Made by a program: the position numbers and the translations under genes. A stretch of DNA of 63,985 bases, filler included, from Catajapyx aquilonaris (taxonomy: Eukaryota), in NCBI GenBank assembly GCA_000934665.2. It is 3 parts of 3 records of this genome, joined end to end, with 100 filler letters (N's around TTAATTAATTAA, not from the genome) between each part and the next. Parts side by side here need not be neighbours in the genome. Positions count along the whole stretch, not along the records: positions 1 to 21,301 come from JYFJ02006099.1; positions 21,402 to 42,972 come from JYFJ02006100.1; 1 more part is not named here. One strand, 5' to 3'. This document shows positions 12,611 through 26,200 of this stretch, piece by piece (position 1 is the stretch's first letter; every line of letters starts with the position of its first letter). The notes beneath the pieces were generated by a model, which was not told the origin of the DNA, searched no databases, and saw only the letters and a list, made by a program, of their open reading frames with translations.

Positions 12611-15600
12611 GTATTTGCTACAAAGTCAATGCACTTGGCTATATTTAGTTAGCTTAGTACTCATGATTCTTGTATTCTAGGTCACAAATAGCATAAAAAT
12701 GACAAATGTGGCTGGTAGAAAATTTTGTGTCCGAGCCACTAATATTTCTGGTATCAGATGCTCTGGCACATTCCATGTGGTACACACTAATTCACTTTGT
12801 GACAAGCACAAAAATAATTTATTCAATTTTGTGCCTGTATAATTAATTCAAAGTGGACTGCACATTGCTTTAAGGACATTGGGACACATTATGGATGAAC
12901 AGGTGTGCTCCGTAAACTTGATTCTGGAATGGTACCCAAGCTACCAAGAAGGGGCGTTGGCTGAACCTACTGCTGCCATAGGTGGAAATCAAAATAGGAA
13001 GAGTAGGCGGGGGTGGTTTAAAAAGGGGGGAAAACGCGGGCTGCCCTTGAACTGCATTCTTATGAATAGGATCTTTTTCCCAGTGGCCAAGTATAGCTCT
13101 GCAAGTCCATGCCAGTAACCTTGCATTTTGGCAGGGATTTCGGGAGGTTTTTTTGGTAGAGAGGGGACCCCCCCAAATGAAGGAAGCAACCACACATTGT
13201 TGTGTGCCTTTGCGCAGCCAAGAAGGAAGTGTCTAATTCTCCAGGTGTGTGAGCACGTACATGACTGGAATCTGCTTGGCAACGTGCAGTTTGTGTGGCA
13301 GGATACAAGTCACTGCTTGTTGAAAATAGTTAAGAAGTATGTACTGTCCTCTCTACTTTTGTGCGAGTAGTATGTAGCACAGGAAGCATGTGTGAGATAG
13401 TTTTGATATAATTTTGAAAGTGATGGCAGTCCAGAAGCAAACCAGGCACATTTCATGAAACCACATTTTTGCAGTAGTAGGCCTGTTCTATTGAAGCAAT
13501 TATTATGAACTGGGGGGGTTTCTAAAAATTAATAGAAGTGTGAGTACAATGTTTATAATATTACATTGGGATAGTGTCTATTAGTGTTTGACAAGGGGTT
13601 CCTTCAAGAGGTCCATTTGCAAAGTAAAGAAACGTATTGAACTTGAACGCAGGGTAAAATATTGCAAAATTGAGCCCTGCAGCATGGACACTGACTGTGA
13701 GAGAAACTTACCCATTAGTTGGTGGCGTATATGAAATGTTAGAAGAAAATCACAAGTTATTCAGTGGGTAAGCTACCTCCAGTGCCCAGACTAAGACCTT
13801 AAAGAAATACATGAAGGTTTACAGTAGGCTATTTATGGAAGTTGCAGGTATGCATTGCTGGATAAGAAAACTCTTAATTTAGTAAATGAATAGAGATACC
13901 AGTGCAGATATGGATGATAGCAGAATTCTGTAACACTAGGAATAATAATATACGCCTGTACTTAGTGTTAGCGTTTTGATAATTGCACCACAGAGCATTG
14001 GAAAGAAATGAAAATCACTGAACATATCATAGATAGAGAGAGGATGAATGTCAAGATGGCAAGACTCATGGCTTGTAGTTCCGTGTTTGACAAAAAGTAT
14101 TTCCCCTTTGTTGGCTCCTTAATGTACACTGCGTACTGTTAAAGCAGCTGTGTACTGTAACCCTTTCTGCGTGCCGTAAGTTTGACATATGTCGTCTGTC
14201 AGTTCCTGAATAACCAAGGTGGTATTGTCACAATGCGAATCATTAGAGGCATTGTGGAATTTGTGTTGCTCAGCGAATCGCACCACTAGAACGTTACTCT
14301 AGAAGACTAGAACAATATTAAAGCGGAAAGCGAATTTCAGCCTTGGACGTAAGTGACGTGGGTTGGTTTTTGTTGCCCGCAGAGGGAGCAAAACATGATA
14401 GATCGTGAATTACATGTATGTCAGATGAATCTCAAACATGCCCTGTAAAATTCTTAGGAGAGATACTACCGATTAGGCTTGACCAGTGTGTAAAACGTTT
14501 CTAACGGGATTAGGAAGTTGGCATTTAAATAACACCATGTCCTTCGCTACAATTCCCATCCCCCTGTATGTCATATGAGATGAATTTGAGAACAAATTAA
14601 ATCTGAATGACTTGGCAATGCTTGAATTCATTCATCATTTCGTTATCTTCTTGGGGATCTTGTTTATATGAATAGGTTGCACACTTTTGTGCGGCCTGCT
14701 GCATTCCAGCACTTATGGGTCTCCTCGTCAATATTACGTTCGGAAAATCGCATCGTGTAATTAAATTACGTTTAGTGGAGAAGGGCTTTCTTCGAGAAAG
14801 AAGCTTCACTTAAGATTTCTGAACTTTCCTAGCCTATATACCATTATTATTATTAGACTCACCTCGTCGTGGACGTTCGTCCTAAGTGGAGTTTGATGTG
14901 CCAGATTTGAATTCCCCAGTGGAACGTCCACCCCGATTGGTGGAATCAAGCTGTGTGTACCATTTTCAATCTGCGCTATCAGGCGGGAACAGATGGGCAT
15001 GCAATACAGTAAACTTTCTTAATGAATATCAACACGAGGTCCTTTTGTGTGAGGAGTTGCTTTGAACACGATGCGCCCGTAGCTATCTGTGCATGTGGAG
15101 TTTATTATTGGTTGGAGAACAGCATACAAGGTACTGTACACCTGCCTGTAATGGAACTGGATTAGGGATTCGATTGTCATAATTGGTATCAAACACGAAG
15201 CTCAAGAAAGCACTCTTTTAAAGAGAGCTATTCCAAATTTTGTGCCAACTGCCAAAGCTACTTAAATAGAAGTTTGAAGTCATTAAAAGTTAATAGTTTG
15301 ACTTTCTCAATTTCCCAATGGATTTTAAACACGTTGTTACATAGACTGCTGAATTTATCTGTATGATCACATGCTTGAGCAACAATTGAATTTGGAATGA
15401 GGGTAAATTACAGAATTGCTAATGCCTAATAGTAACAACAACACCTGGAAGACGCTGGAAGGCATAAGGAACGTTTTCGCGCGTTATCAACTGGATGCAT
15501 TTGAATTTTTCCCGCTAGGGGGAGGTGAGAGGGATGAAGGATGGGAGGAAAGAAGTGGCTCTTGCCTATACAGTGCGGAACTATAGCGACATTTACCTGG

Positions 15601-18381
15601 ACTAAGGACAAATGTAAAAGTGGCCAAGAGAGCCTGCTGGCCGGGGCAAGAGATCTAACTGGGAATCTACCGAATATCAGATAACGCGCAATTTCACGCC
15701 TAATTGTCACTTTCTTAGTAATGACAACATTGGTGACATAAGCCTGATACGAAACCATAGACTACTACTCGTAGTGTACACCGGAATATCAGGGTATATG
15801 GTCCCGTGGGTAGGGACATACGATATGTATACGGCAGCAGGTGGTTTACCGGAAGTATTGCATGCCACTGGTGATTGAGAAAACGTTCCATGGAAGAAAA
15901 AAAGCTTAAATTGGAGTTTCTTAGGTGTTGTATTAGAATTAGACAGTTTGTCAGAGAATTACATAAGTGCCTTGCTTCACTTACGGAGTTCCTTTATTTA
16001 CTTTTAACTGTTACAGCACTGGTCATTTTGAGTAATCCTGGGATTCCACGAGCGAGGTAGAGGTGACGGGGAATATGCAGGTGCGGGAGTAATGGCTCGA
16101 TAGTGGGCATTTTAATGTTCTGTCAATGTGGGTAATCTTGCTGACATTGCAACAGAGAAAAGTCAGAGACCCTCATTACGAATGAGAAAGGAATGCCAAT
16201 TTGGAACAGAACCCCGGAACTTTTCATCTTCGTACCGAACTATCGGCACTGTGAAACACTTCAGTTTATCATACATACACAGGACACAAAAATGAGACCC
16301 CTCTACGAGAAGGGGTAAGAAATAAGAACTGAGTTCCCGTTTGCACTGTCAGAGATGTTTTGGGGTTGTTTTACCTACAATGAAAATTGGAGCTTTTGGT
16401 TGAGGTGACTGTGCACCTGAACCAGCAGGGCTATATTCGGATTCTTGGGCGACTCAGGTATTACCTCTTAGGAGACATTTAATTTTTTGTACTGTGTGCG
16501 TATTTTTAAATTTCACGTGTCACACGTATTATTGGTAGGAGGCAAACTGGGGGAGAAGTAATAACCTCATTTATGTCAAATCCGTATTACATGGAGCAAA
16601 ATCGGAATCACCTGCTCTGATTTGCTTTGGAAATAGACTACCTTGCGAACCGGAATTGCCACGTTCTCACCGTACTCGATACACCAATTGGGAGGAAGTC
16701 ACCCACAAACGGGTTTTGCCACTCACTGGTACTCCCCGGGAAGCATGGCATAACTTAGGTCATACCATAAGCTGTCCGCATGAATGAGAGAATGCTCTTC
16801 CTTGTGAGGACGAGCGTAGAAAATTGCAGCCCGAGAAGGGAGATGACCGTTGCCCCTGACCTTCAATGAGCCAGAAGAGGGACATGGAACGGGAAAAAAT
16901 GATGGACCTAAGATCACATACATGTATTCGGACCCAAGACAAGAAATGTTTGGTGGACTTCTTTTCCCGCCGGAATGTTGGATGATACCATTGGCGCGTG
17001 GAGGTATAACTTAGGTGTGGAAGGGGCTTCGCCGGTAGCGCCACACGACGTTCTCGCGTACGATTAGTGGGAGGGGTGGGTTGATGGGATTTATTTTAGT
17101 GTACTCCCGGTTGGGGGCCTGGGAAGTTGGTCTTGGCCAGGCAGGAAATGACGGCAGGTTCTTCCCAATTCACGCACTGGTCAGCATCTCCCCAGACGGT
17201 AACTGGTTCTTGCTCCAAATGTAATTTTCACCAAAACAAAAAAAAGGGGATAAGTTTAGACTGTTTTAAGGAGCCGTTTTATTATTTTTATTTTTATTAT
17301 TGTTTTGCTGGGATCCGTTTGTGCATGAATATTCAACGCGTCACGAGTGCGTTCGTGGGAAACATACCCGTTCCTCCAACCCCCGTTTCCCCAGAGGCAC
17401 GGATCTTGATTATATAGAAAATCATCAGAAGGAAGTCATTTCTTGGCCTCCTTTTCTCGCCTTCCGCTTCCAATTTGCTTCATCCCCCGCATTATTCTCT
17501 TTCTGGTCTACTTATGTTATGGTGGACTGGACCAGTTGCGAAAATGAGGGTCGTGGGGGTAGGGGTAGGGGGAATGACATGGGATCTCTTTCTTTTTGAT
17601 GACTGCCTTGTCAAAAGTGACGTGTTTGCATGGGTGTGTAAAAATAATCGGTGGTTTTGTCTTGGATCCAAGGGCGTCGTCAAATCCATCTGCTCGGCCT
17701 TGTTGTTGTCCATAAAGGCGCGGCTTAAACCTTTGCAGCTTTGTCGTTAGTTTCAGCCAAATAAGAATGGCAGAAAAAGAGAGTAAGTGTCGGTTACATG
17801 GTTTGTGGACGCACGTGCCAGCAGGACATATCGTATATTGTGGTTTTGGGACATGTCACCGGCTTGCCTTCTCGTTGAAGGAGCTGGGTTCGGAGTATCA
17901 TGTGTTCATGGTATCAGGACCGTGGTACACTCATTTTGTCGTGCATCTAACGAGCTTCGGAAATAATTACTGCCAGAAGAGACCTTGGGAGGAGTTGGCC
18001 TGAACAACGCTTATGCCAATATTACGTAGGGCCAAGCAGGTCTGCGTCTTTTTGTCCTTTTTTTGGGGGGGGAGGGGGGGGGGGGACAAGCTTGTCTCAA
18101 ACGGGTGGGTCATTTGAGACGTGATTTTTTTTAAACTACTTCCTAAGGGCAGAATACAAATGAGTCAGCCGGAAGCTAGGATATAGGATGGAACAATGAA
18201 ATCGGGTCGTAGGTCTAACTTCAAAGTGTTGCCGTATATGTGCGAGGCTGAGATGCGTAAGTGACAGGGCTACCAATTCATGGGTAAGTTGGGTTGCCAG
18301 GAGATTGGAGTACCATGATTCGTGGACTCATCTGGCGTAAACATTAGTCAAGATGTATGGAGACTAAATAAGGACTTTTTA

Positions 18382-18506
18382 GGGCCGTTTTCTCGAACAG
18401 TGGTTCAAATGTAAACCCTTGACAACGGCCTAACAACAATCAAATCAGGGATTAAACTGGCTTTGAACCCGGTTTACATTTGAACCACTGTTCGAGAAAA
18501 CGGCCC
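18382..18506. mobile_element. PIF/Harbinger (Tourist-like) MITE
   Basis: Perfect 36-bp TIRs starting GGGCC; TTA target-site duplication on both sides. Confidence 0.85.
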
Positions 18507-20689
18507 TTAGGCTTGTGGTAGGCCTACTGTATTGCAAGGCAGTGCGATGACAAGGCTTTTCCTATCAAAACTGGATGTGGTATAAATATTGCATCAAAAA
18601 TTGCTGATCGCAAATGGACATTGCACACTGAAAATCCCATAGCAGCATTATGATTTTTGCATGTAACTAATGCCCACTTACCATCATGCACTCATTAAGT
18701 GTTGCACATCGCGTATTTGAGAGGAAAACGGAGCAGTATCACAGATTGGGGAGTAAGGAGAAGGGATGGTCCCTCTCCCCACTGCCACCGCCGATTTTTG
18801 TAGTCACATCTTAGGCCAGTACATGTTACATTGTAACGCAGATAAATTAAAGTTTAATGGAGGACATTTGCAACTCATGCGTGTCATTTTAATGGCATAT
18901 CACAATGACGTCACAATACCCCATTTGTTGTACCAGATTCCGCACCTGATTGCGCTTAAAAACAGACATGGTATACAAAAAGGTCGCAACCCGCGGAAAT
19001 CTCATACCGCTACAGGTATCATACGACCCAGGGATCGAAAATAGCATATGTGACATATCGGTTTCTATTATTAAAATATAGCGAAATCGTGTGGTTGAAG
19101 AAAATATCGATAGCAGGTGTGATGTATCGAAATATTGAGTTGCCCTACTGTATGGTACTGGGACGCTTGCGGTGACCTCCAGGAAGGGCCGGGAATAATA
19201 AATTATATCACAGCACTGACAGTCAGGCTGTGCGAGATCACGTCTTCCTTTGTCCGAGATGTTTTTCTTGCATATTCCTCATTGTGCACATACCTTGCCT
19301 AAGCAGACATGTACAGTCAAGGTCAAAATATGGGGAAAGACCAGGTTCAGGTCTTCTGGCTAGCGACTTGACTAAACCGGCAATAGCGAAATGTAGATTG
19401 AAAGGACTTATGCCGCATACACACCGTTACACAGTGTCATTTAAATGGTTGCGGAGAATTGTCCCGAACCAGTTAGGTCAATAAATAATAAGCGGCCTCT
19501 TCGGGGAGGCAACCAGATGTTATTTACACTCCTGGCCGGAGGCAGGAGTAGCGATCAGGTCTGTAAACGGAAGAGGCATTGCGTGTCTGACCGAGAGAAC
19601 TCAGGGAATAACAAATCCGTGCACCAGCAGACGACTATTGTGTGAGGCCCGTGGATGCATGTACGTCCGTTTGACCGTGGGAGGTCCCCCAAAAGAAAAC
19701 CCACGAGATACATTGCAGACAATCCCCACGTCTCTTTCCCTCCTTCCTCTGGGCAAGGGAAATGACGAAAACAAGGAGAAGGCAAGGCAGCTCACTGGGA
19801 AAACGGGAGAGTTGCGCCACGATTGTTGGGGAGGAAACAAATGAAATGATGCAGGCACTTCTCTTCCGTTGAGATCAGTCTCAGATGCAGCTCGTTACCT
19901 TGGCCCCCGCGTCTTCAGGGACATGGGAGGTGGGGCCCTGGGGCAGAATTTAGCTGCAGACTCTTGGCACTGCAATAGAAGTCTTGTGTTACCGCACGCC
20001 AAAATCCGGCGTGGTTGAATGTTTAGAGTGTTCGATAATGAATTGCACATGACAAGGCTTGACTTTCCGGGGAAGCACCTTCTGGAACTGAGGACGGTGA
20101 TGTCTTCTCGTCCGGAAAAATGGGGAGTTCTCGCGGCCGATTGGGTACGTTTCAGATGAAAAGGCCACCATACTCTAGTATTCTGGGCGTCAGAGCGATG
20201 CGGCGATCACATTTCGAATTGAGTGTAAATTGCGAGGATTTCGTCAGGGAATAGTTGGCGCTTGCTGGTGGAGAATGACCCACATGGCGACATGGGAAAT
20301 AAATTTCGGATGGTACTACTTTTGGACTGTTTTCCAGTTTTGGAAGGGAGCCCAAATTCCACGATTGTTTCATTTAGGCGGCACAGGTTGGATTTTCTCC
20401 CGGAATGTTGTTGGGTTTTTTTTATTTACGAGCGGAAGTTCCCAATGAAGTGGTAATAAGTCGGGCCAATGGGAGCAGTGGGGGTCTCGCAAACATCTCA
20501 TGTAATACGTTTGCTCATGGTACACACAGCAGAATCGCAGATGTGAGATGAGATTGCTTCAGTGAAATCGTGCACTTTTATACAGTCGAGTCGGATTGAA
20601 CAGGCAGGTTTTGGAGGTGTAAGTGTAGAAGTAGTGCGACCAGGTGGATCGCTCGAAATTGCTATCATTACTTTGCTTTATAGTCTGAT

Positions 20690-20945
20690 CCACCGTGGCA
20701 TGGTGGATAAGGCGTCCGACTGCTAATCGGGAGGTCCTGGGTTCGAATCCCGGGGCCGACGATCATGGCCGTGGTTTTCTGTGGTTTTCCACGGTCTTTC
20801 TAGTATAATTCCGGGGTCGCTTCCGTATAATAGGCCACAGCCGCTTCCTTCCTTCCCTATCCTTGGAGGTTGAGAGGCAGTGGCGGATTGGGGGGGGGGG
20901 GGGGGNGGGGGCGAAACTAAAGCGTAGCGGCACCCCACCTACCTT
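20690..20945 (+). mobile_element. tRNA-derived SINE
   Basis: A-box tggcatggtgg, anticodon-like arm tccga-ctgctaa-tcggg, B-box ggttcgaatcc, then SINE body gtggttttctgtggttttcc; no acceptor stem closure. Confidence 0.75.
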
Positions 20946-21301
20946 CTGATATACATTATACCGAGCTAAGGTCACGGGGGTCTGTGGGGGAAACCTATAT
21001 GAAAAAAAACGGAGTTGCTGTGGGTGTGGGGTGGTCCGATCAAACATCGGTTGATGTAAAATCTTCGAGCCTCTCGATCCCGGCCCTGTCACACAGGCGC
21101 CGAAAAAGGCGCGGCTTGATTAATTTCCTGTCGCTGGCAACCACCAACTCATGCGAGAACCGGTGCGGTATTTGCGAGAGACGCTAGACACGAGCGTGGC
21201 GAGAAGTGAATTCTCGCGCAAACACCAGCTCTCGCAAATCGCAATCTTCTGAACATTTCTTGAGGTAGCGGAAGCGGTGCTCAGGACTCTCTCTCTCTCT
21301 C

Positions 21302-21401
21302 NNNNNNNNNNNNNNNNNNNNNNNNNNNNNNNNNNNNNNNNNNNNTTAATTAATTAANNNNNNNNNNNNNNNNNNNNNNNNNNNNNNNNNNNNNNNNNNN
21401 N
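21302..21401. other. Artificial contig-joining spacer (N44-TTAATTAATTAA-N44)
   Basis: Exactly 100 bp with a palindromic six-frame stop linker; flanked on the left by a (CT)n repeat. Confidence 0.97.
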
Positions 21402-22839
21402 CCCCCAACATGCGTGATCAAATCGTGCCCAGTGCGGGATACGTAACTGGCAGTGCGAAAATGCATAATTGGGCGATTTGGGCGTCCGGTTGTGCGGCAA
21501 CTATTGTTACGTCACGTTTTGGGGGGTGTCGTGACTGAGCGAGATGGTCCGATTTGCAGAAACGCACTATTTGTGCATGGGCCCCGTTAGTACGGGGTGT
21601 CTACGGGACATCTGAACTATCCTTCTCCTCGGTTTAAAAAAAAAAAAATGAAAGAAAAACAAGGAGGACCTGGGGTATGGCTAGTGACAGGTCTTGACGT
21701 CATGGATTCGTCACGCTGTGGCAATACGTCGCGATTTAAATCGCGCGAAAAGCGGATGCTCCTGAATAACGGGAATGTCGTGTCCTCTCTGGGGTGAAAC
21801 GGAGAGTGCGAAATGAACAACATATGACCTATTATCGCGCCTCGGCATTGTTTTCCTTTTTTTATTATCTGCCGACCTTTCATAATAATAACAACACATT
21901 TTTTTTTTTTTTTTTTTTTTTTGTAGGCCGCAGACCGATCGGGAATAGAATTGGGTCGTTTATAGGGAAGCGACCCAGAATGGGTGGTAGTTTTTACTAT
22001 GGCTCGTATAGCGCATGGGGGAATGTGGGTTGGGTTCAGTGGGAAAGGTTGGGTGTAGTAGGGGAATGAAAGAGGGGAAAGGGGAATTGAGGGTGGGGTG
22101 TAAAGGGGGCTTATGGGAACCGGGATTTGTAACCAGTGTGTATGTGTACCTGCATGGTCGGATGGGTGAGTGGGTGGGGACGGGGTGGCGGTGTTGCCAC
22201 GTGCAGGGTCGGGAGGTGGGGTAGAGAGGGGGTCTGGTGGAAGAGGGGGGGGGGGGACGATCGATCGTTGGCAGGCAGATGTGGGGGTGTGGAGGTAGGG
22301 GTCGAGGGGGTGGTGGGATGGCCGGGTGTGAGAGGGTCTTGAGGGGGTGGCAGGCGGAAAACTGGGAGGGATGTGAATGAGCCCGCGGGCCACCCCGAGG
22401 CCAAGAGATGAAATAAAAAAAAGAGGTCTGCCCAAGAGAAATGTGCAAATGAGACTGTTCCTCCGAGAATGGGTTCTAGGATAGAGGAATAGAGCAGGGG
22501 GTGATTGTGGGAGGGCGGGTGGGTTGCCATCCCTACGCCCCCCCCCTCCCCATTGCCATCCCACCCCTCACCCCTCCCTGTCCCTCTCCCCTACCTCCCA
22601 CTTTGATCCAGCCATCCGGGGCTTGGTGAAGCCCAGGCAATCCGGGCTGTGGCTCTGCTACGGGCAACTCTCTGGTTGAAAACCCTCTTCCTCCCCGGGT
22701 ATCCCTCTGCAGCATCCGCAGCATTCCAGTCCCGTATACCCGTCCATCCAGTCTGTCCATCCGTGGGGAAAGAGCAGGGGAGGAGGAGTGGGAGGATTGG
22801 GGTGTGTGGGGAGAAGAGTTTGAAGACGAAGAGGAGGAG

Positions 22840-23211
22840 ATGGGTCCATGGCCGCGAGTGAGGGAGAAAAGACGCAGGAAGGATCCTCTGGAGCATCCTC
22901 CGATGCAATGGCCCGGCGGGAGCGGTCCGGCGGGCGGTGGTAGTGAGGGCTTGGGAGGCGGTACCCACATCGGTACCGCCGGTGGTGGCATGATGATAAA
23001 CACCTGCAACGTGGCTCTTGCAGGTGCCTTGGAGGAAGAGGAGGGGCGCGAGAGAGAGACTCTCTCCGGTAAGCAGAGGCACCAACTCAAGCACCGGGAG
23101 CTTTTCCTCTCGAGGCAGGTGGAGACCCTCCCCGCTACGCACATCAGAGGAAAGTGCTCCGTTACGCTGCTCAACGAGACCGAGTCTCTACTCTCCTACC
23201 TGGGAAAAGAC
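22840..23211 (+). CDS. MTA1-like: MTA exon A (BAH C-terminal part); 5' boundary uncertain (ATG 22840 or internal acceptor at 23024)
   Basis: [44 protein letters not shown]; donor GAC|gtgagt at 23212. Confidence 0.85.
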
Positions 23212-26200
23212 GTGAGTATATGGCATGTCATGTGGTTTGCCGTTTGAATCCGCCGCGCTTTCTTTTCAGTTTTTAAATATATATTTGTAGGCCTATATCT
23301 TACGTGGTGGGGGTCTTCCCGAATTCTTATATCGGGTAGCGGACAAGGTTGGGGCCAATCGGATTGCAGAGTTTCGCTTCCGTCGCGGGGTGGTTGGGTG
23401 GGGGATTTGGCCAATGGCGGATGTTGGGGTAGGGCGAGAAATAACTGGGATCGAGAGTTGGTAATAAGTCAGGGTAGATAGCGGAGTAAGCAGGTTCACC
23501 AAGGTTTTTTTTTCTTTCTTTTTTTTCTGTCTCTCAATCTCCCTCCACTACCCCTCCCTCACCCGCGCACACAATTTTTTCCCTTGCGCCGGCAGTTCCT
23601 TCGACTTGATGTTGCAATATAAGGAAAGAAACTCCAACAGACTTGCGTTAGTTTACTCCTGCTGAATAAATTTGTAGTATCATGTGGGCATGTGGAGGGT
23701 TTTTTTTAGTACTGATGGTTGAGGGGGATTAATGCAATTGCTCATTTGCATTACATTTGTCAGTATTCCATTCTAGGGCCACTTGACTAGTCTCTCAGAT
23801 ATGACATCATTTTGTCCTGCATGTAAATAATGGAAGGATATTTACTGTGCATGATGTACAGTGCGGAAATTTTGTATTTCTTGAAATAAAGGATTTTGGT
23901 TCTGAGGGACCTTGCATGTGGTTGTGACTTTTCTCCATTCTCATTTCGTCCTATTTCATTGGGTTTGAAAATGTTTTTACATAAGTTGCTGGATGGCACT
24001 ATAGCTGGCAATGGATTGAAACCCTAGGTCAAGGGATTGACAAGGGTGAGAAAGTTGTGCAAATTGATGGACCCTAGCATGTACAGGGTGGTGCAAATTC
24101 GTGGGTCGTTTTTTTATAACTGATATTGCCTGAAGTAGTTATTTTTTTGTAGCTTCTTGTGCTCCTAACCAGATGCCCCTTTCTATAGCAGCTGCTATAT
24201 TCAACCCCCTGGGAGTAATGGGGAACCTGGATTGGCGCATAACAAGCTACACCAAAATCACTCCTTCGGGTGATATCAGTTATAAAGAATGACCCATGAA
24301 TTTAGAACACCCTGTATATACAAAAACACAAACCATCATGAAAATTTCCTATGAAAGGGGTAGTCCATGATGGAGACCCAATCAAATAACAAAAGTCGGC
24401 TTGAAAATATGTCACACATCAATTGGGTGGCATTCAATTATTTCATATAACTCATACTAGCAATTCAAAAGCAATTTTTAAATTGTAAACCCCAAGCAGT
24501 CACAATCTAAGCATAACAGTAGCATGTCACCAGATATGCATGTGTACACTGGCTTTAGTGAATCCACATGGTTGGCACTCAACATCTGCATCACTGCTGC
24601 TTCATAAACATGAGTGCCAAGCAATACCAAGGAACCACAAGAATGACATGCTTCCTCATTATCTCACAGGACCCCATTCATAAACTTGGGAGTGCTGATC
24701 AGGTGTTTGCAGGGCACTCAACATGACACACATTTTGAATGATCCTGTACAAACAGCTTGACAAAAGCCACAGACTGTAAAGACTACCGAAATACAGGGT
24801 GTTCCAAGCATGCAGGTCACTTTAGCTTTAGAATGTGGAATATTTTCACCCAAAGTTGTCGTTTTTTTTGTGCAACTGCTTTGGGCGATATTAGTGATAA
24901 CTAAAAATGACCCTGATACTCATAACACCCTGCATAATACTAGCCTATGACCAGACTGGCACATGTACTATTGGGTTCAAATACTTTTGGCCACTTTATC
25001 CTGGTCTTGAAGCAATCTTTCGCACAGACCCCACGTTAAGGAGGTGTGTGTGTGTGAAGGGTTGCTTCAAGACCAGGATAAAGTGGCCAAAAGTATTTGA
25101 ACCCGATAGTACGCTAGCGCACATGACAGCACTTGACGTGAAATGCATAGGCATCCGAAATCCACGGATGCTCAAGTTCGTTATATAAAATGGCATAGTG
25201 TTTGCATATAACCTACACACATCTGCTCATGCACTTTAAATTGTCTCTAGATTAATTGAGGCGCTCAGAGAAAAACGGCATATCCCAACCGGAGTTCATT
25301 TTGAGATAAACGGCTTTTTGTGTTTCAAGAGAATAGGATTTTTCATTGCAGACCAATTTTACAAGGGGAATATGTGAGCTTTGGCATATCCCAATTCATT
25401 TGGGACTTCAGCACATGAAAGGCAGATGGCAGGAGAGTACAAAGGTACTACAATCTCAAAATCAGAAGTCGGTTGGGATATGCCTTTTTTCCTCTGAGCG
25501 CCTCAATTATAATACCTAATAAATGCAAATGATATGTAAATAGTTGCACTGAATTGTTTAGAGATTAATGACAAGAAAAAAGTATTTAAATGTTAAGTAG
25601 GCCTACATATGAAACTATTGTAGACCTAATTGCATAGTACATGTCAGCAACAACTTAACATAACTTATGTATAAGGATCTGTGAAATGGCAGGAGACTAC
25701 AACTGGGTATGCCTATGCATTGCTTCATTTGCATGGATTCAGCATAGTGCTAGGCACATGGAAAATTCAAGTTTTTCTATGGTTGATCCACCAATGTGAA
25801 TGTGGAGGGCAATATTTAGTTGAGGTTCAAGATGAAGGACATCCAAGACACAGCTGTCTTGGATGTCCTCCATCTTGAACCTCAACTAAACATTTCATTA
25901 ACCACAAACAAGCAACCACAATCTGGACATGTATTTTTTGTGCAAATCTAGATGAAAATGTACCCTTCAGGTTTTTTATTTGAGGTATCACTGATGAAAG
26001 TGGATGTTATTCACATTGCTGTCAGCCATACTGTTCCCATGATGCTAAGTCACAAAATTTTGAGCCATGGACAGTAACTTCTGCATACAGGCAATGATTG
26101 TACTGGTATTACCATGTTCCAAAACTGAATGGCCCCACAATTCTATTTATACTGAATGTATTCCATAAGTATCAGGGTCATTTTTAGTTATCGTTAATAT

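Noticed and set aside
14900..15250. Possible decayed THAP-domain fragment
   Set aside because: Only scattered motif echoes across several frameshifts; too weak to call.
20690..20760. Apparent tRNA-Ser(GCU) gene
   Set aside because: No proper acceptor stem or long variable arm, and it continues into a SINE body; treated as a SINE head.
21617..22564. 315-aa Pro-rich minus-strand ORF and overlapping ORFs
   Set aside because: Arises from G-tracts and poly-T upstream of MTA; low complexity, crosses homopolymers, no recognisable domain.
22533..23174. 213-aa and 183-aa antisense ORFs
   Set aside because: Shadows of the GC-rich MTA exon A.
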